Shown here piece after piece: positions 26,857 to 35,696 of a stretch of 61,634 nucleotides of DNA. The notes beneath the pieces are model-generated. The model was not told the origin of the DNA and made no database searches. It worked only from the letters and a program-made list of their open reading frames with translations. This DNA comes from an uncultured Bacteroidota bacterium (GTDB lineage Bacteria; Bacteroidota; Bacteroidia; Bacteroidales; UBA12481): the NCBI GenBank assembly GCA_903919065.1, contig CAIXHD010000293.1, forward strand, positions 1 through 61,634. Reading direction: 5' to 3'. The position numbers and the translations under genes were made by a program. Position 1 is the first letter of the stretch. Every line of letters begins with the position of its first letter.

Positions 26857-27411
26857 ATGGAAGATGCGGACCTCTTGCGAAAGCTGAAAGCAGGTGACCA
26901 CAGCGCTTTCAGCGAATTACTGAGCCTCCATTCAGGCAGGGTGATAAACACCTGCTATCGCTTTCTTCTTAATCGTCAGGATGCCGAAGACTTATCACAG
27001 GAAGTGTTTCTCGAAGTTTTTCAATCAATCCACACTTTTCGGGGAAATTCAAAATTATCCACCTGGATCTATCGCATTGCGGTAACCAAGAGCCTGGACG
27101 AGCTTAAAAGGCGTAAACGCAAGAAACGTATCACATCCGTTGGGAAAATTCTTCAGCTTGATCAGGTGGCCGAATGGATTAGCGGTGGCACTATGCCGGA
27201 TAAGGCGATTCTGGAAAATGAGCAAATGGAAGAAATCTCGAAGGCACTGAACACCTTGCCCGACAACCAGCGTATAGCCTTTACCCTAAGCAAGATCGAC
27301 GGATATTCCAATGATGAAATTGCGGAAATAATGAAGACAAGCAAAGTGGCTGTGGAATCGCTCGTTTCCCGTGCCAGAAAAAAATTAAATAATCGTCTAA
27401 GAATTATATAG
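26857..27411 (+). CDS. ECF-type RNA polymerase sigma-70 family factor
   Basis: ATG at 26857 (MEDADLLRKLKAGD) inside ORF 26746..27411. Region 2 is DAEDLSQEVFLEVF. Region 4 HTH is DNQRIAFTLSKIDGYSNDEIAEIMKTSKVAVESLVSRARKKL. Confidence 0.85.
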   Translation: MEDADLLRKLKAGDHSAFSELLSLHSGRVINTCYRFLLNRQDAEDLSQEVFLEVFQSIHTFRGNSKLSTWIYRIAVTKSLDELKRRKRKKRITSVGKILQLDQVAEWISGGTMPDKAILENEQMEEISKALNTLPDNQRIAFTLSKIDGYSNDEIAEIMKTSKVAVESLVSRARKKLNNRLRII

Positions 27412-27414
27412 ACC

Positions 27415-27723
27415 ATGAAAAAGGCAGATTTAGATAAGAATGCACAGAGATCTCTGAGAGAATTTGAATCTCTTGAAGATATTCAGCCATCATCCGAGTG
27501 GACGAGTTCCATGATGAACAGGATCGCCCATTCAGAAAGGCCATCAAAACAAGGATTTAATGTATCCAGCATTGCCTTGGTCCTGATATTTTTTGTCCTT
27601 GCCAATATCGGAGTTATCCTTACCCTGATCAGCGACGGCAGCCGGAACACTTCTACCCGAACCAGTGACTTGCGTGCCATATCCAATGAATTTCTGATCA
27701 ATCCAACTTCAATCAGCCAATAG
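27415..27723 (+). CDS. single-pass membrane protein in the anti-sigma position
   Basis: Starts 3 nt after the sigma stop. One TM helix (IALVLIFFVLANIGVILTLI). No zinc-binding anti-sigma motif. Confidence 0.45.
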   Translation: MKKADLDKNAQRSLREFESLEDIQPSSEWTSSMMNRIAHSERPSKQGFNVSSIALVLIFFVLANIGVILTLISDGSRNTSTRTSDLRAISNEFLINPTSISQ

Positions 27724-27725
27724 CC

Positions 27726-28259
27726 ATGGATATTTTTACCCAGAAAAAAATACTGGTACGCATTGTAATCGTACTTGCTTTGCTGAACCTGGTTTCCATT
27801 GGTGTTTTTTTGTGGAAGGCGGTCACGCCTCCTCCCCGACCAGCTTCTGAGACTGAGGCAACTGCTCCACCACGCGACGTATCAGCGATACTGGAAAAAG
27901 AATTGAACCTATCCCGTGAACAGGTGGATCAGATCAAAAATCTCAGGGCGGACTTTGCCGAAAAGGAAAAGAGTTTAGTTGAAGCCATCCAGAGAGAAAG
28001 GGACTCGATGAATCAGGAAATGTTCAATGCAAAAACAAACGAAGAGGTTATCCGTTCGCTGGCCGGGAAGATAGCGGAGAATGAATATAAGATGGAAATG
28101 CTCCGTTATGACCAGTCTCTACAGCTGAAAGCAATATGTACCCCTCAACAGGTAGAACAATTCGAAAAACTCGTTAGGGATATGCGTGATTTTTTTAAGC
28201 CTGATAACAAACCCGGACGTCAACCCAGAAAAGGCCCGCCGCGGAAGAGAGACGAGTAA
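27726..28259 (+). CDS. periplasmic Spy/CpxP-like (LTxxQ-type) protein with an N-terminal anchor
   Basis: TM/signal RIVIVLALLNLVSIGVFLW. LNLSREQVDQIKNL is LTxxQ-like. Helical body with a basic Pro/Arg-rich tail. The sigma / membrane protein / Spy-like triad is a common Bacteroidota arrangement. Confidence 0.5.
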   Translation: MDIFTQKKILVRIVIVLALLNLVSIGVFLWKAVTPPPRPASETEATAPPRDVSAILEKELNLSREQVDQIKNLRADFAEKEKSLVEAIQRERDSMNQEMFNAKTNEEVIRSLAGKIAENEYKMEMLRYDQSLQLKAICTPQQVEQFEKLVRDMRDFFKPDNKPGRQPRKGPPRKRDE

Positions 28260-28266
28260 CGAGTTA

Positions 28267-29934
28267 ATGATGCCAAATTATATGTCAAAGTCTTCGATCT
28301 TCAGTCTTCAGTCTCCAGTCTTCTGTCTTCTCTTAGTCTTCGGTCTTCCAGCCAAAGCCCAGACCTTCAATGAGATTCTTGGCCGGCCCACTGACACAAA
28401 AATGACAATCAGCATCCTGGCTGATCAGCGAACCGAGGTGTATTGGGAATATGGAACCACCACAGGCATCTATCCCAGCGTTACTGTTCACTTTATCATA
28501 GAAGATGGGGTCCCGCTCGAAGCCGACTTCACCGGGTTAAATCAGGATACAAAATATTTTTACAGAACCCGTTATCGCGCGGCTGGAACCACCTCCACCT
28601 TTTCAACCGGAGAGGAGCACACCTTTCATACTCAACGATCGTCAGGCAGCACCTTCACTTTCACGGTCGAGTCTGATGAGCATCTTTACGATAAAAAAGG
28701 GGTACGGAGCATTTACCAGATTTGCCTGGCCAATCAGGCAGCCGACCAGCCCGACTTTATGTTCTCACTTGGAGACACTTTCGGTGATGATCATACTCCG
28801 CTGACCACTACCTCTTCGGATATGGACCAGCTTCACAAGGATTACCGGCCCTATCTGGGGGTCATCTGTCATTCAGTGCCTTTTTTGTTCTGTCTGGGAA
28901 ATCATGAAGGGGAATTCAATTACTATTTAGGTCAGACACCACCCGATAATATTGGTATTTATGGAACTCTCTGGAGAAAATTCTATTATCCGAACCCGTT
29001 TCCGGATAGCTTTTACAGTGGCAATACCGAGGTTGAGCCCTACGGAATGGGTACCCCTGAAAACTATTATTCCTTCACCTGGGGTGATGCTTTGTTTGTT
29101 GTGATCGATGTTTACCGATATCAGTCGGCAACCTCTGCAAAACCGGGAAAATGGGACTGGACACTGGGCTATACGCAATATAAATGGCTCAGGAATGCGC
29201 TTGAAACCAGCAATGCAAAATATAAATTCGTTTTCGGGCATCATACCCTTGGACAGGGCAGAGGTGGCATCAATACGGCCAGGTTTTACGAATGGGGTGG
29301 CTATGAAGCCGACGGGGTAACCTGGGGATTTGATTCGAACCGGCCGGGCTGGGGCAAGCCAATTCACCAGTTGTTCGTGGATAACGGCGTGAATATATTC
29401 TTTCAGGGTCACGATCATTTGTTTGCGCATGAAGTTTTAGACGGTGTCGTTTATCAGGAGGTTCCTATGCCGAGCGATGCAACTTATCAGATTGGAATGC
29501 TGGCCAACGCCGGCGCCTACGTTTCTGATACCATCGGAGGGACAGGCCATTTAAAAGTTACCGTTTCTCCGGCTGATGTTACTGTGGACTTTGTAAGGGC
29601 TTTTCTGCCAGCCGATACTCTTAACGGCGTCCATCGCAATGGGGAGGTTGCATTCCGGTATTCCGTAAATCAGGGAACCTCCGGGATATATGCCAGCCCC
29701 ATAGAAACTATTTCGATTGACGTGTTCCCGAATCCTGCCCGTGACAGGTTATACATTGGGTTAAAAGACTCCACTGAAAAGATCCGGGTTATGATGTTCA
29801 GTCGTTCGGGACAGCGGATACTGGAAACCACATCTCATGAAATTGATGTTTCAGGTATTCCCGAGGGCATTTATGTATTGAAAATTGCTGTCGGATCGGC
29901 GATCGTACGTAAAAAATTCATCATCAGCCGGTAA
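28267..29934 (+). CDS. secreted metallophosphoesterase, purple-acid-phosphatase-like, with T9SS CTD (paralog 1)
   Basis: Start at ATG 28267 or 28282 (the ORF-track start at 28186 overlaps the upstream gene). Signal peptide. Fn3-like PAP N-domain (VYWEYGTTTG...TKYFYRTRYR). Metallophosphatase motifs SDEH, LGDTFGDD, LGNHEGE, FGHH and QGHDH. C-terminal VFPNPARDRLYIG...GIYVLKIAVG matches a T9SS CTD. Confidence 0.8.
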   Translation: MMPNYMSKSSIFSLQSPVFCLLLVFGLPAKAQTFNEILGRPTDTKMTISILADQRTEVYWEYGTTTGIYPSVTVHFIIEDGVPLEADFTGLNQDTKYFYRTRYRAAGTTSTFSTGEEHTFHTQRSSGSTFTFTVESDEHLYDKKGVRSIYQICLANQAADQPDFMFSLGDTFGDDHTPLTTTSSDMDQLHKDYRPYLGVICHSVPFLFCLGNHEGEFNYYLGQTPPDNIGIYGTLWRKFYYPNPFPDSFYSGNTEVEPYGMGTPENYYSFTWGDALFVVIDVYRYQSATSAKPGKWDWTLGYTQYKWLRNALETSNAKYKFVFGHHTLGQGRGGINTARFYEWGGYEADGVTWGFDSNRPGWGKPIHQLFVDNGVNIFFQGHDHLFAHEVLDGVVYQEVPMPSDATYQIGMLANAGAYVSDTIGGTGHLKVTVSPADVTVDFVRAFLPADTLNGVHRNGEVAFRYSVNQGTSGIYASPIETISIDVFPNPARDRLYIGLKDSTEKIRVMMFSRSGQRILETTSHEIDVSGIPEGIYVLKIAVGSAIVRKKFIISR

Positions 29935-31595
29935 TGAAAAAAAATCTCATATTGATTTTGGTGGCATGCCACCTGCCAGCAATTATCTACGGTCAAAAGT
30001 TCACTGAAATTCTGGGCCGACCAACAGGAAACGCGGTTACCCTGAGCATACTGTTCGATGCTTCAGTTGAGGGTTACTGGGAATATGGCACCTCCGCGGG
30101 TAATTACACCCTGTCGACCGGTTATTTCAATGCAAACAAAGAGGTTCCTCTCGAAGGAATTTTTCCCGGCCTGATTCCGGATATGAAATACCATTACCGG
30201 ACCCGGTACAGGGCAGCAGGAACCAGCGGAGCCTTCCTTGCCGGTCCAGAACATACATTCCATACCCCCAGGCCACCCGGTCAATCATTCACGTTTGCCA
30301 TCGAGGCAGACCCACATCTGGATAGCAATTCCAATACCGAAGCGTATGCGTTAACCCTTGAAAACATAGCATCAGAAAACCCTGATTTCCTCCTTGATTT
30401 GGGAGACACTTTCTTTTCGGAAAAGCAGCCGGGTGTTAATCAGGCCATCATCACCGAAAGGCATGTGCTATATCGTCCCTATTTCGGCAGCGTGTGCCAT
30501 TCCGTGCCGCTTTTTCTGGTGTTGGGAAACCATGAAGGGGAATGCGGATGGCGCCTCGACGGCACCCCTGGCAATGTGGCAGTAATGGCAGCCAACACAA
30601 GAAAATTGTATTACCCTAATCCTATCCCCGACTCCTTTTATTCAGGCGATGTTAAAACAGAGGAATTCGTTGGGCTGCGGCATGATTATTATGCCTGGGA
30701 ATGGGGCGATGCACTTATTGTTGTTTTGGATCCCTATTGGCATACCGCATCGAAACCCGACTGGGGCTGGACGTTAGGGGAAGATCAATATAAATGGTTC
30801 AAAAACACATTATCTGCCAGCAAGGCGAAATTCAAGTTCGTATTCTGTCATAACCTGGTCGGTGGCAGCGGCACGGATGCCCGTGGAGGTGCCGAATTTG
30901 CTCACCTTTTTGAAATGGGAGGGAGCAATGCCAACGGAACTTACGGTTTCGATGTGAACCGCCCGGGCTGGGGAAAGCCCATTCATCAGCTGATGGTGGA
31001 AAACCATGTATCGATATTCTTCCATGGGCATGATCACTTTTATGGAAAACAGGAAAAGGACGGCGTGATCTATCAGGAAGTGCCGCAACCTTCCAATAGG
31101 AGCATTACCAATATGTCCGCTGCTGAATATGGCTATGTTACTGGATTGTTTTTGCCCGGTCGCGGTCACCTTTTGCTCACCGTTACCCCTGACAGCACCA
31201 GAGTGGAATATGTGAAGACCTATCTTTCCACAGAAGAAAATGCGTCACGAAAAAACAAAGAAATTGCCGATTCGTATATCGTTAAAAACATTGCTGCCTC
31301 AACCGACCAAGGCAATAAAATTCACATCGGGCCCGCGCTTAATCAGAATTTTCCGAACCCTTTTCAGTCGGAAACCACCCTTACCTATTCCAATCCTACT
31401 GCCAGTCAGGTAGAGTTAAAACTGCTTGATATTTCCGGCAGGCAGGTTGCTGTTCTGGAAAACCAATTCCTGCAGCCCGGAAATCATTCCATATCAATTG
31501 ATTCCGCAAAACTATCGCTGGCTCCCGGCATCTATTACTGCCGCCTTTCTGCCGGTAATACCACCCGGACCATCAAGATGATCTGCGTCCCTTAG
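29934..31595 (+). CDS. secreted metallophosphoesterase, purple-acid-phosphatase-like, with T9SS CTD (paralog 2)
   Basis: Its ATG overlaps the upstream TAA (TAATG). Same architecture as paralog 1: GYWEYGTSAG...MKYHYRTRYR, ADPH, LGDTFF, LGNHEGE, HGHDH, and NFPNPFQSETTLTY...GIYYCRLSAG as the CTD. Confidence 0.8.
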   Translation: MKKNLILILVACHLPAIIYGQKFTEILGRPTGNAVTLSILFDASVEGYWEYGTSAGNYTLSTGYFNANKEVPLEGIFPGLIPDMKYHYRTRYRAAGTSGAFLAGPEHTFHTPRPPGQSFTFAIEADPHLDSNSNTEAYALTLENIASENPDFLLDLGDTFFSEKQPGVNQAIITERHVLYRPYFGSVCHSVPLFLVLGNHEGECGWRLDGTPGNVAVMAANTRKLYYPNPIPDSFYSGDVKTEEFVGLRHDYYAWEWGDALIVVLDPYWHTASKPDWGWTLGEDQYKWFKNTLSASKAKFKFVFCHNLVGGSGTDARGGAEFAHLFEMGGSNANGTYGFDVNRPGWGKPIHQLMVENHVSIFFHGHDHFYGKQEKDGVIYQEVPQPSNRSITNMSAAEYGYVTGLFLPGRGHLLLTVTPDSTRVEYVKTYLSTEENASRKNKEIADSYIVKNIAASTDQGNKIHIGPALNQNFPNPFQSETTLTYSNPTASQVELKLLDISGRQVAVLENQFLQPGNHSISIDSAKLSLAPGIYYCRLSAGNTTRTIKMICVP

Positions 31596-31750
31596 AACCC
31601 GACATCCTAATGCAGTGCATCCCGTTCGGAGTCAGATTCTGCCTTTCTATTGATAAAATATGCCCGTTGGTTGGAATTTAAAAAAGCCTTCCGCATTTAT
31701 TTTGATATTTGAGCTGTTATCCGGATAGCTAAAAAAATAAACATCACTAA

Positions 31751-32422
31751 ATGAAGAAATACTATTTAATGCTGCTGACTGCTCTGGTTCTATCAGCAAT
31801 ACCCGTATCCCTGAATGCTCAAACCGATGAATATTCGCTGAGGACTTCTGCCAATATCGGGATAAAACTCGCTAAAGGTTTGGCATTGGAAATTGCCCCC
31901 GAATACCGGTTCAATCCGGCAACGAATGCAAGTGAGTACCTGATGGAAGCCGGATTAAGCTACAGGATAATATCCTGGCTGAGCGTCGGAGGCTACTATC
32001 GCCTCGACGGTTCAAAGGTAACCGACATGGAAGGTACTGGCGGATCGTCATTTGAAACCTCTAACCGCTTTTCTTTTGATGCCAGTACTAAAGTCAGCAT
32101 AAAAAGGTTTACGCCGAAATTCAGGGTGCGCTTCTGCAATTTCACTGATTTCGATAAATCAACAGACGATAAGACCAATTATATGCGCTACCGGATCGGG
32201 CTCGACTATAATATCAAAGATTTTAAGCTTACTCCCTTCGTTTCCGCTGAATTTTACCAGAAACTGAGCACCGGCCTGTTTAGCCAGTCGCGGTATACCA
32301 TTGGCGGTGAATATGAATTAAATAAGAAGAATGCGATAGTTTTAAGTTATTCATTATCTGATAAATATAAAACACTGGACAGCTATCACATCTTTGAGCT
32401 TTCCTACAAAATCAAATTTTAA
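31751..32422 (+). CDS. outer-membrane beta-barrel protein, DUF2490-like
   Basis: Signal peptide. Repeated amphipathic strands ending in Y/F/R, with a terminal FELSYKIKF. Size and pattern fit DUF2490; this assignment is from memory only. Confidence 0.4.
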   Translation: MKKYYLMLLTALVLSAIPVSLNAQTDEYSLRTSANIGIKLAKGLALEIAPEYRFNPATNASEYLMEAGLSYRIISWLSVGGYYRLDGSKVTDMEGTGGSSFETSNRFSFDASTKVSIKRFTPKFRVRFCNFTDFDKSTDDKTNYMRYRIGLDYNIKDFKLTPFVSAEFYQKLSTGLFSQSRYTIGGEYELNKKNAIVLSYSLSDKYKTLDSYHIFELSYKIKF

Positions 32423-32433
32423 GGCAAATCCGT

Positions 32434-33777
32434 ATGAAGCTATATCTCAAACTTACCATACTTCTCATCCTGGCATATGCTTATGGCTGCGAAAAGCCCG
32501 ATGTCACGATCACCATTGAAACACCCGACTGGACCGAGGCTACCCATGGGATTGCCGTGGAACCAGATTATGCAACCGCTTTTCCGCAGGATAAAGTTCA
32601 GCGGCTGGATATTGTCATCGGCAGCACCAACTGGGCTGCCATTCAAAAGGATCTTGCCGGCATGCCAGGCGGTGGTCCGGGGCAGACTCTTGATGGTACT
32701 TTTGATCCGATCTGGGTTGACTGCGATTTTCATTTCAACGGGAAACAATGGTATAAGGTCGGAATCCGGGTCAAGGGCAATTCAAGTCTGCGTACCACCT
32801 ACCAGCAGGGAATTAAGAAATACTCTTTTAAGCTTGACTTTGATCAGTGGGAGGGCACCTATCCGGCTATTCAGGATCAGCGGTTCTACGGATTCAAACA
32901 ATTAAACCTGAACAATAATTTTGATGATAAGTCACTGATGCGTGAGAAGGTAGCCGGTGACCTTTTCCGGGAATTCGGGGTTCCCTCAGCGAAATCCTCA
33001 TTTTATGAAGTATATATCGATATTGGAAACGGATCGCAATATTTCGGATTGTACACATTGGTGGAAGAGGTGGATAATACAGTTCTGAAAACACAATTTG
33101 CCGATGGTACAGGCAACCTCTACAAACCTGAAGGAACAGCAGCGAGCTTTGCTGCAGGTTCCTGGGATACGACTGATTTTTACAAGAAAACCAATACTGC
33201 TGCAGGTGATTACACAGATATCCGCGCATTGTACGATGCTATCAATAGCAGCTTGCGAACCTCTGATCCCGCTGCGTGGAGAGTTCTGCTGGAATCATCG
33301 ATGAACATGGATCAATATCTTAAATGGTTAGCTTCTAATACCGTTATGCAGGACTGGGATACTTACGGACGGATGACTCATAATTTTTATCTGTATAACG
33401 ACCCAACTCAGGCAAAGTTAGTCTGGATTCCATGGGACAACAACGAAGCACTTCAAGACGGCAAACAGGGTGGAGCCATCAATCTCGACCTGAGCGGTGT
33501 CACTAGTCAGTGGCCTCTGATTAAATACATAGCGTCCGATGAGGTATATTACGCTCAATATAAACAGTACGCCAAGGATTTTGCCTCCACGGTTTTTTCC
33601 CCGGAAAAGATTACTGCCACCTACGACTACTATTATAATATCATAAAAACCTCTGCAACGAGTGAGGTTTCGGGCTATACCTTTCTGCGAAACGGGATAA
33701 GCGATTTCGATGCTGCAATTTCACAGCTAAAAACACAGGTAAAACAACGATATTCGCTGGTAAATAAATTGAATTAA
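32434..33777 (+). CDS. CotH-family atypical kinase lipoprotein
   Basis: Lipobox AYAYGC. CotH hallmarks: VRVKGNSSLR, KKYSFKLDFD, FKQLNLNNNFDDKSLMREKVAGDLFREFGVP and HNFYLYND. Confidence 0.7.
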   Translation: MKLYLKLTILLILAYAYGCEKPDVTITIETPDWTEATHGIAVEPDYATAFPQDKVQRLDIVIGSTNWAAIQKDLAGMPGGGPGQTLDGTFDPIWVDCDFHFNGKQWYKVGIRVKGNSSLRTTYQQGIKKYSFKLDFDQWEGTYPAIQDQRFYGFKQLNLNNNFDDKSLMREKVAGDLFREFGVPSAKSSFYEVYIDIGNGSQYFGLYTLVEEVDNTVLKTQFADGTGNLYKPEGTAASFAAGSWDTTDFYKKTNTAAGDYTDIRALYDAINSSLRTSDPAAWRVLLESSMNMDQYLKWLASNTVMQDWDTYGRMTHNFYLYNDPTQAKLVWIPWDNNEALQDGKQGGAINLDLSGVTSQWPLIKYIASDEVYYAQYKQYAKDFASTVFSPEKITATYDYYYNIIKTSATSEVSGYTFLRNGISDFDAAISQLKTQVKQRYSLVNKLN

Positions 33778-33779
33778 TC

Positions 33780-34199
33780 ATGAGAATCACAGTATCTCTT
33801 ATCTTACTCCTGAGCCTGGCGCCCTTTTGTTTGCAAGGCCAGGAACTTTCGAGAAAAGAAGCCTCCAAAGCAAAGGTTAAATCGGTATCCGTTTTTGAAA
33901 CAAACGTATCCGACAAGAAGGCTAAACCCATTCTCGAAAGCATGAACCGGTACGATGAATCAGGTAACCTGCTGGAGATTCTCGAAAAAGATAAGAACGG
34001 TGTGGTCACCCTTCATGAGAGCTATGAATACAATTCCGAAGGGCAGAAGTCTGTTGAGATTCAATATGAGCCGGATGGCAAAATCAAGAAAAAGAACGTT
34101 TTTAAATATTCCGATGGTCTCCGTTCGGAAAGGCAAACATTTGATAAAAACGGCGCTTTGATTTCACAGCGGAAGTACGTTTACGAGTTCAACAAATAA
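33780..34199 (+). CDS. small secreted protein with YD/MORN-like short repeats (hypothetical)
   Basis: Signal peptide. Repeated Y(D/E)xxG(N/Q/K) turns (RYDESGNLLE, YEYNSEGQKS, YEPDGKIKK, FDKNGALIS). Confidence 0.5.
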   Translation: MRITVSLILLLSLAPFCLQGQELSRKEASKAKVKSVSVFETNVSDKKAKPILESMNRYDESGNLLEILEKDKNGVVTLHESYEYNSEGQKSVEIQYEPDGKIKKKNVFKYSDGLRSERQTFDKNGALISQRKYVYEFNK

Positions 34200-34987
34200 T
34201 GGTTCAACTGATTCAAGATACTTTGCAGGCGTTGAAGCCAATTACGCTGGCCGAGATGGATTCCGTCAAACTGATGTCGCGGTCGGATGAAAAGTATCTT
34301 TGTCGGATCGATCAGTTGCCCGATCTGCTCAAATTGGCACAGCGCGATTTTCAGGTGCTTGAAAATGTTGGAAAACGAATTTTTGGGTATGAATCGATGT
34401 ACCTGGATACTCCCGGTCATGAAATGTACCTGGCCCATCACAATGGAAAACTAAACCGTTACAAAGTCCGGATCAGGGAATATCAGGAAACCGGGGAAAC
34501 ATTTTTTGAAATCAAATTCAAGAACAATAAAAGGGAAACCGGGAAAAAGAGAACCGCAATCAATTCCGATCGCGATTACGGCTCCACCAGCATCCGTACT
34601 TTCATGAAGAAGCACTCTCCTTATCTGCCGGAGATGCTTCAGCCGGTTCTGTATTCATCGTTCAAACGCATCACCCTGGTTAACAAAATGCTCGCGGAGA
34701 GGATAACGATCGATTTAATCCCGGCCTGGCAATTCGAAGGCCGGTCGGCAAGCCTGCCCCGTGTGGTGGTTATGGAAGTGAAATCCTCACGACCCTCCGG
34801 TTCCTCTGGCTTTGGATACCTGCTTCGCGAGGCGAGAATCATGCCCCGCAGAATAAGTAAATATTGTATCGGCACAGCACTTCTCTACCCGGAAATAAAG
34901 CACAACAGATTTAAGTCGAAATTATTGGAATTAAATAAGTTAAATAAAAGTATAACATATCATGAACCAAATCATGCAGTTGTTTAA
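34199..34987 (+). CDS. VTC-domain (triphosphate-tunnel, polyphosphate-polymerase-like) protein, cytoplasmic
   Basis: Its ATG overlaps the upstream TAA. No signal peptide. Tunnel-strand motifs: KYLCRI, YESMYLDTP, YKVRIREY, FFEIKFK, RITIDL and VVMEVKS. Confidence 0.7.
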   Translation: MVQLIQDTLQALKPITLAEMDSVKLMSRSDEKYLCRIDQLPDLLKLAQRDFQVLENVGKRIFGYESMYLDTPGHEMYLAHHNGKLNRYKVRIREYQETGETFFEIKFKNNKRETGKKRTAINSDRDYGSTSIRTFMKKHSPYLPEMLQPVLYSSFKRITLVNKMLAERITIDLIPAWQFEGRSASLPRVVVMEVKSSRPSGSSGFGYLLREARIMPRRISKYCIGTALLYPEIKHNRFKSKLLELNKLNKSITYHEPNHAVV

Positions 34988-35654
34988 TTCGGATATTTTG
35001 ACCGGATTCATCCAGGTTGCCGATCAGGGCATTGAGGCAGTAAAATTTCTCAATATTAAAATTCTGAATCCAACGGATTTCTACAACCTGATATTAAGGT
35101 TTGCTTTCAATATGCTGGCGACAGTAATTCTGGTCAGGTTTCTATATTATCCACATTCCAAAAGAAAAGACTACTTCTTCATTTTCATGATCTTCAGCAC
35201 TATAGTTTTTCTGCTGTGCTTTTTACTTGGAAAGGTTTCTGTCCAGATGGGGTTTGCACTCGGCCTTTTTGCCATATTCGGAATACTGAGGTACCGGACC
35301 GATACCATACCCATCAAGGAAATGACTTACCTGTTTCTGATGGTTGGAACTTCGGTGATCAATTCACTATCTGACAAAACTGTAAGCTGGGCTGAACTGG
35401 TATTCGCCAATGCAATAATCATTTTGATTACCTGGTATCTCGAACGGGTATGGATGCAGAAGAAGGAGGGTTTTATGGATATCCGATATGAGAAAATCGA
35501 ACTCATCCACCCTTCGCGCCGTGAAGAATTAATGGAGGATCTGAAAAAACGAACGGGCCTGAATGTTTACCGTATAAGCATCGACCGGGTAAATTTCATG
35601 AAGGATACTGCACGGGTTAGAATATTTTATCGCGAGGATGTGCCAGAAATCTGA
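34962..35654 (+). CDS. DUF4956-like polytopic membrane protein
   Basis: Overlaps the VTC gene end by 26 nt (or starts at the MQLFNS Met at 34974). Four to five TM helices followed by a ~70-aa soluble tail. The pairing with VTC and CotH matches an arrangement I recall as recurrent. Confidence 0.6.
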   Translation: MNQIMQLFNSDILTGFIQVADQGIEAVKFLNIKILNPTDFYNLILRFAFNMLATVILVRFLYYPHSKRKDYFFIFMIFSTIVFLLCFLLGKVSVQMGFALGLFAIFGILRYRTDTIPIKEMTYLFLMVGTSVINSLSDKTVSWAELVFANAIIILITWYLERVWMQKKEGFMDIRYEKIELIHPSRREELMEDLKKRTGLNVYRISIDRVNFMKDTARVRIFYREDVPEI

Positions 35655-35696
35655 CTGAATGTCGTCAAACAGGATAAATGACACAATCACCTCTAT

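Noticed and set aside
28186-28266. The upstream TTG/ATG-extended start of phosphatase paralog 1 given in the ORF track.
   Set aside because: The extension overlaps the last 74 nt of the Spy-like gene and encodes no signal peptide. The Met at 28267 or 28282 directly precedes a clear hydrophobic leader.
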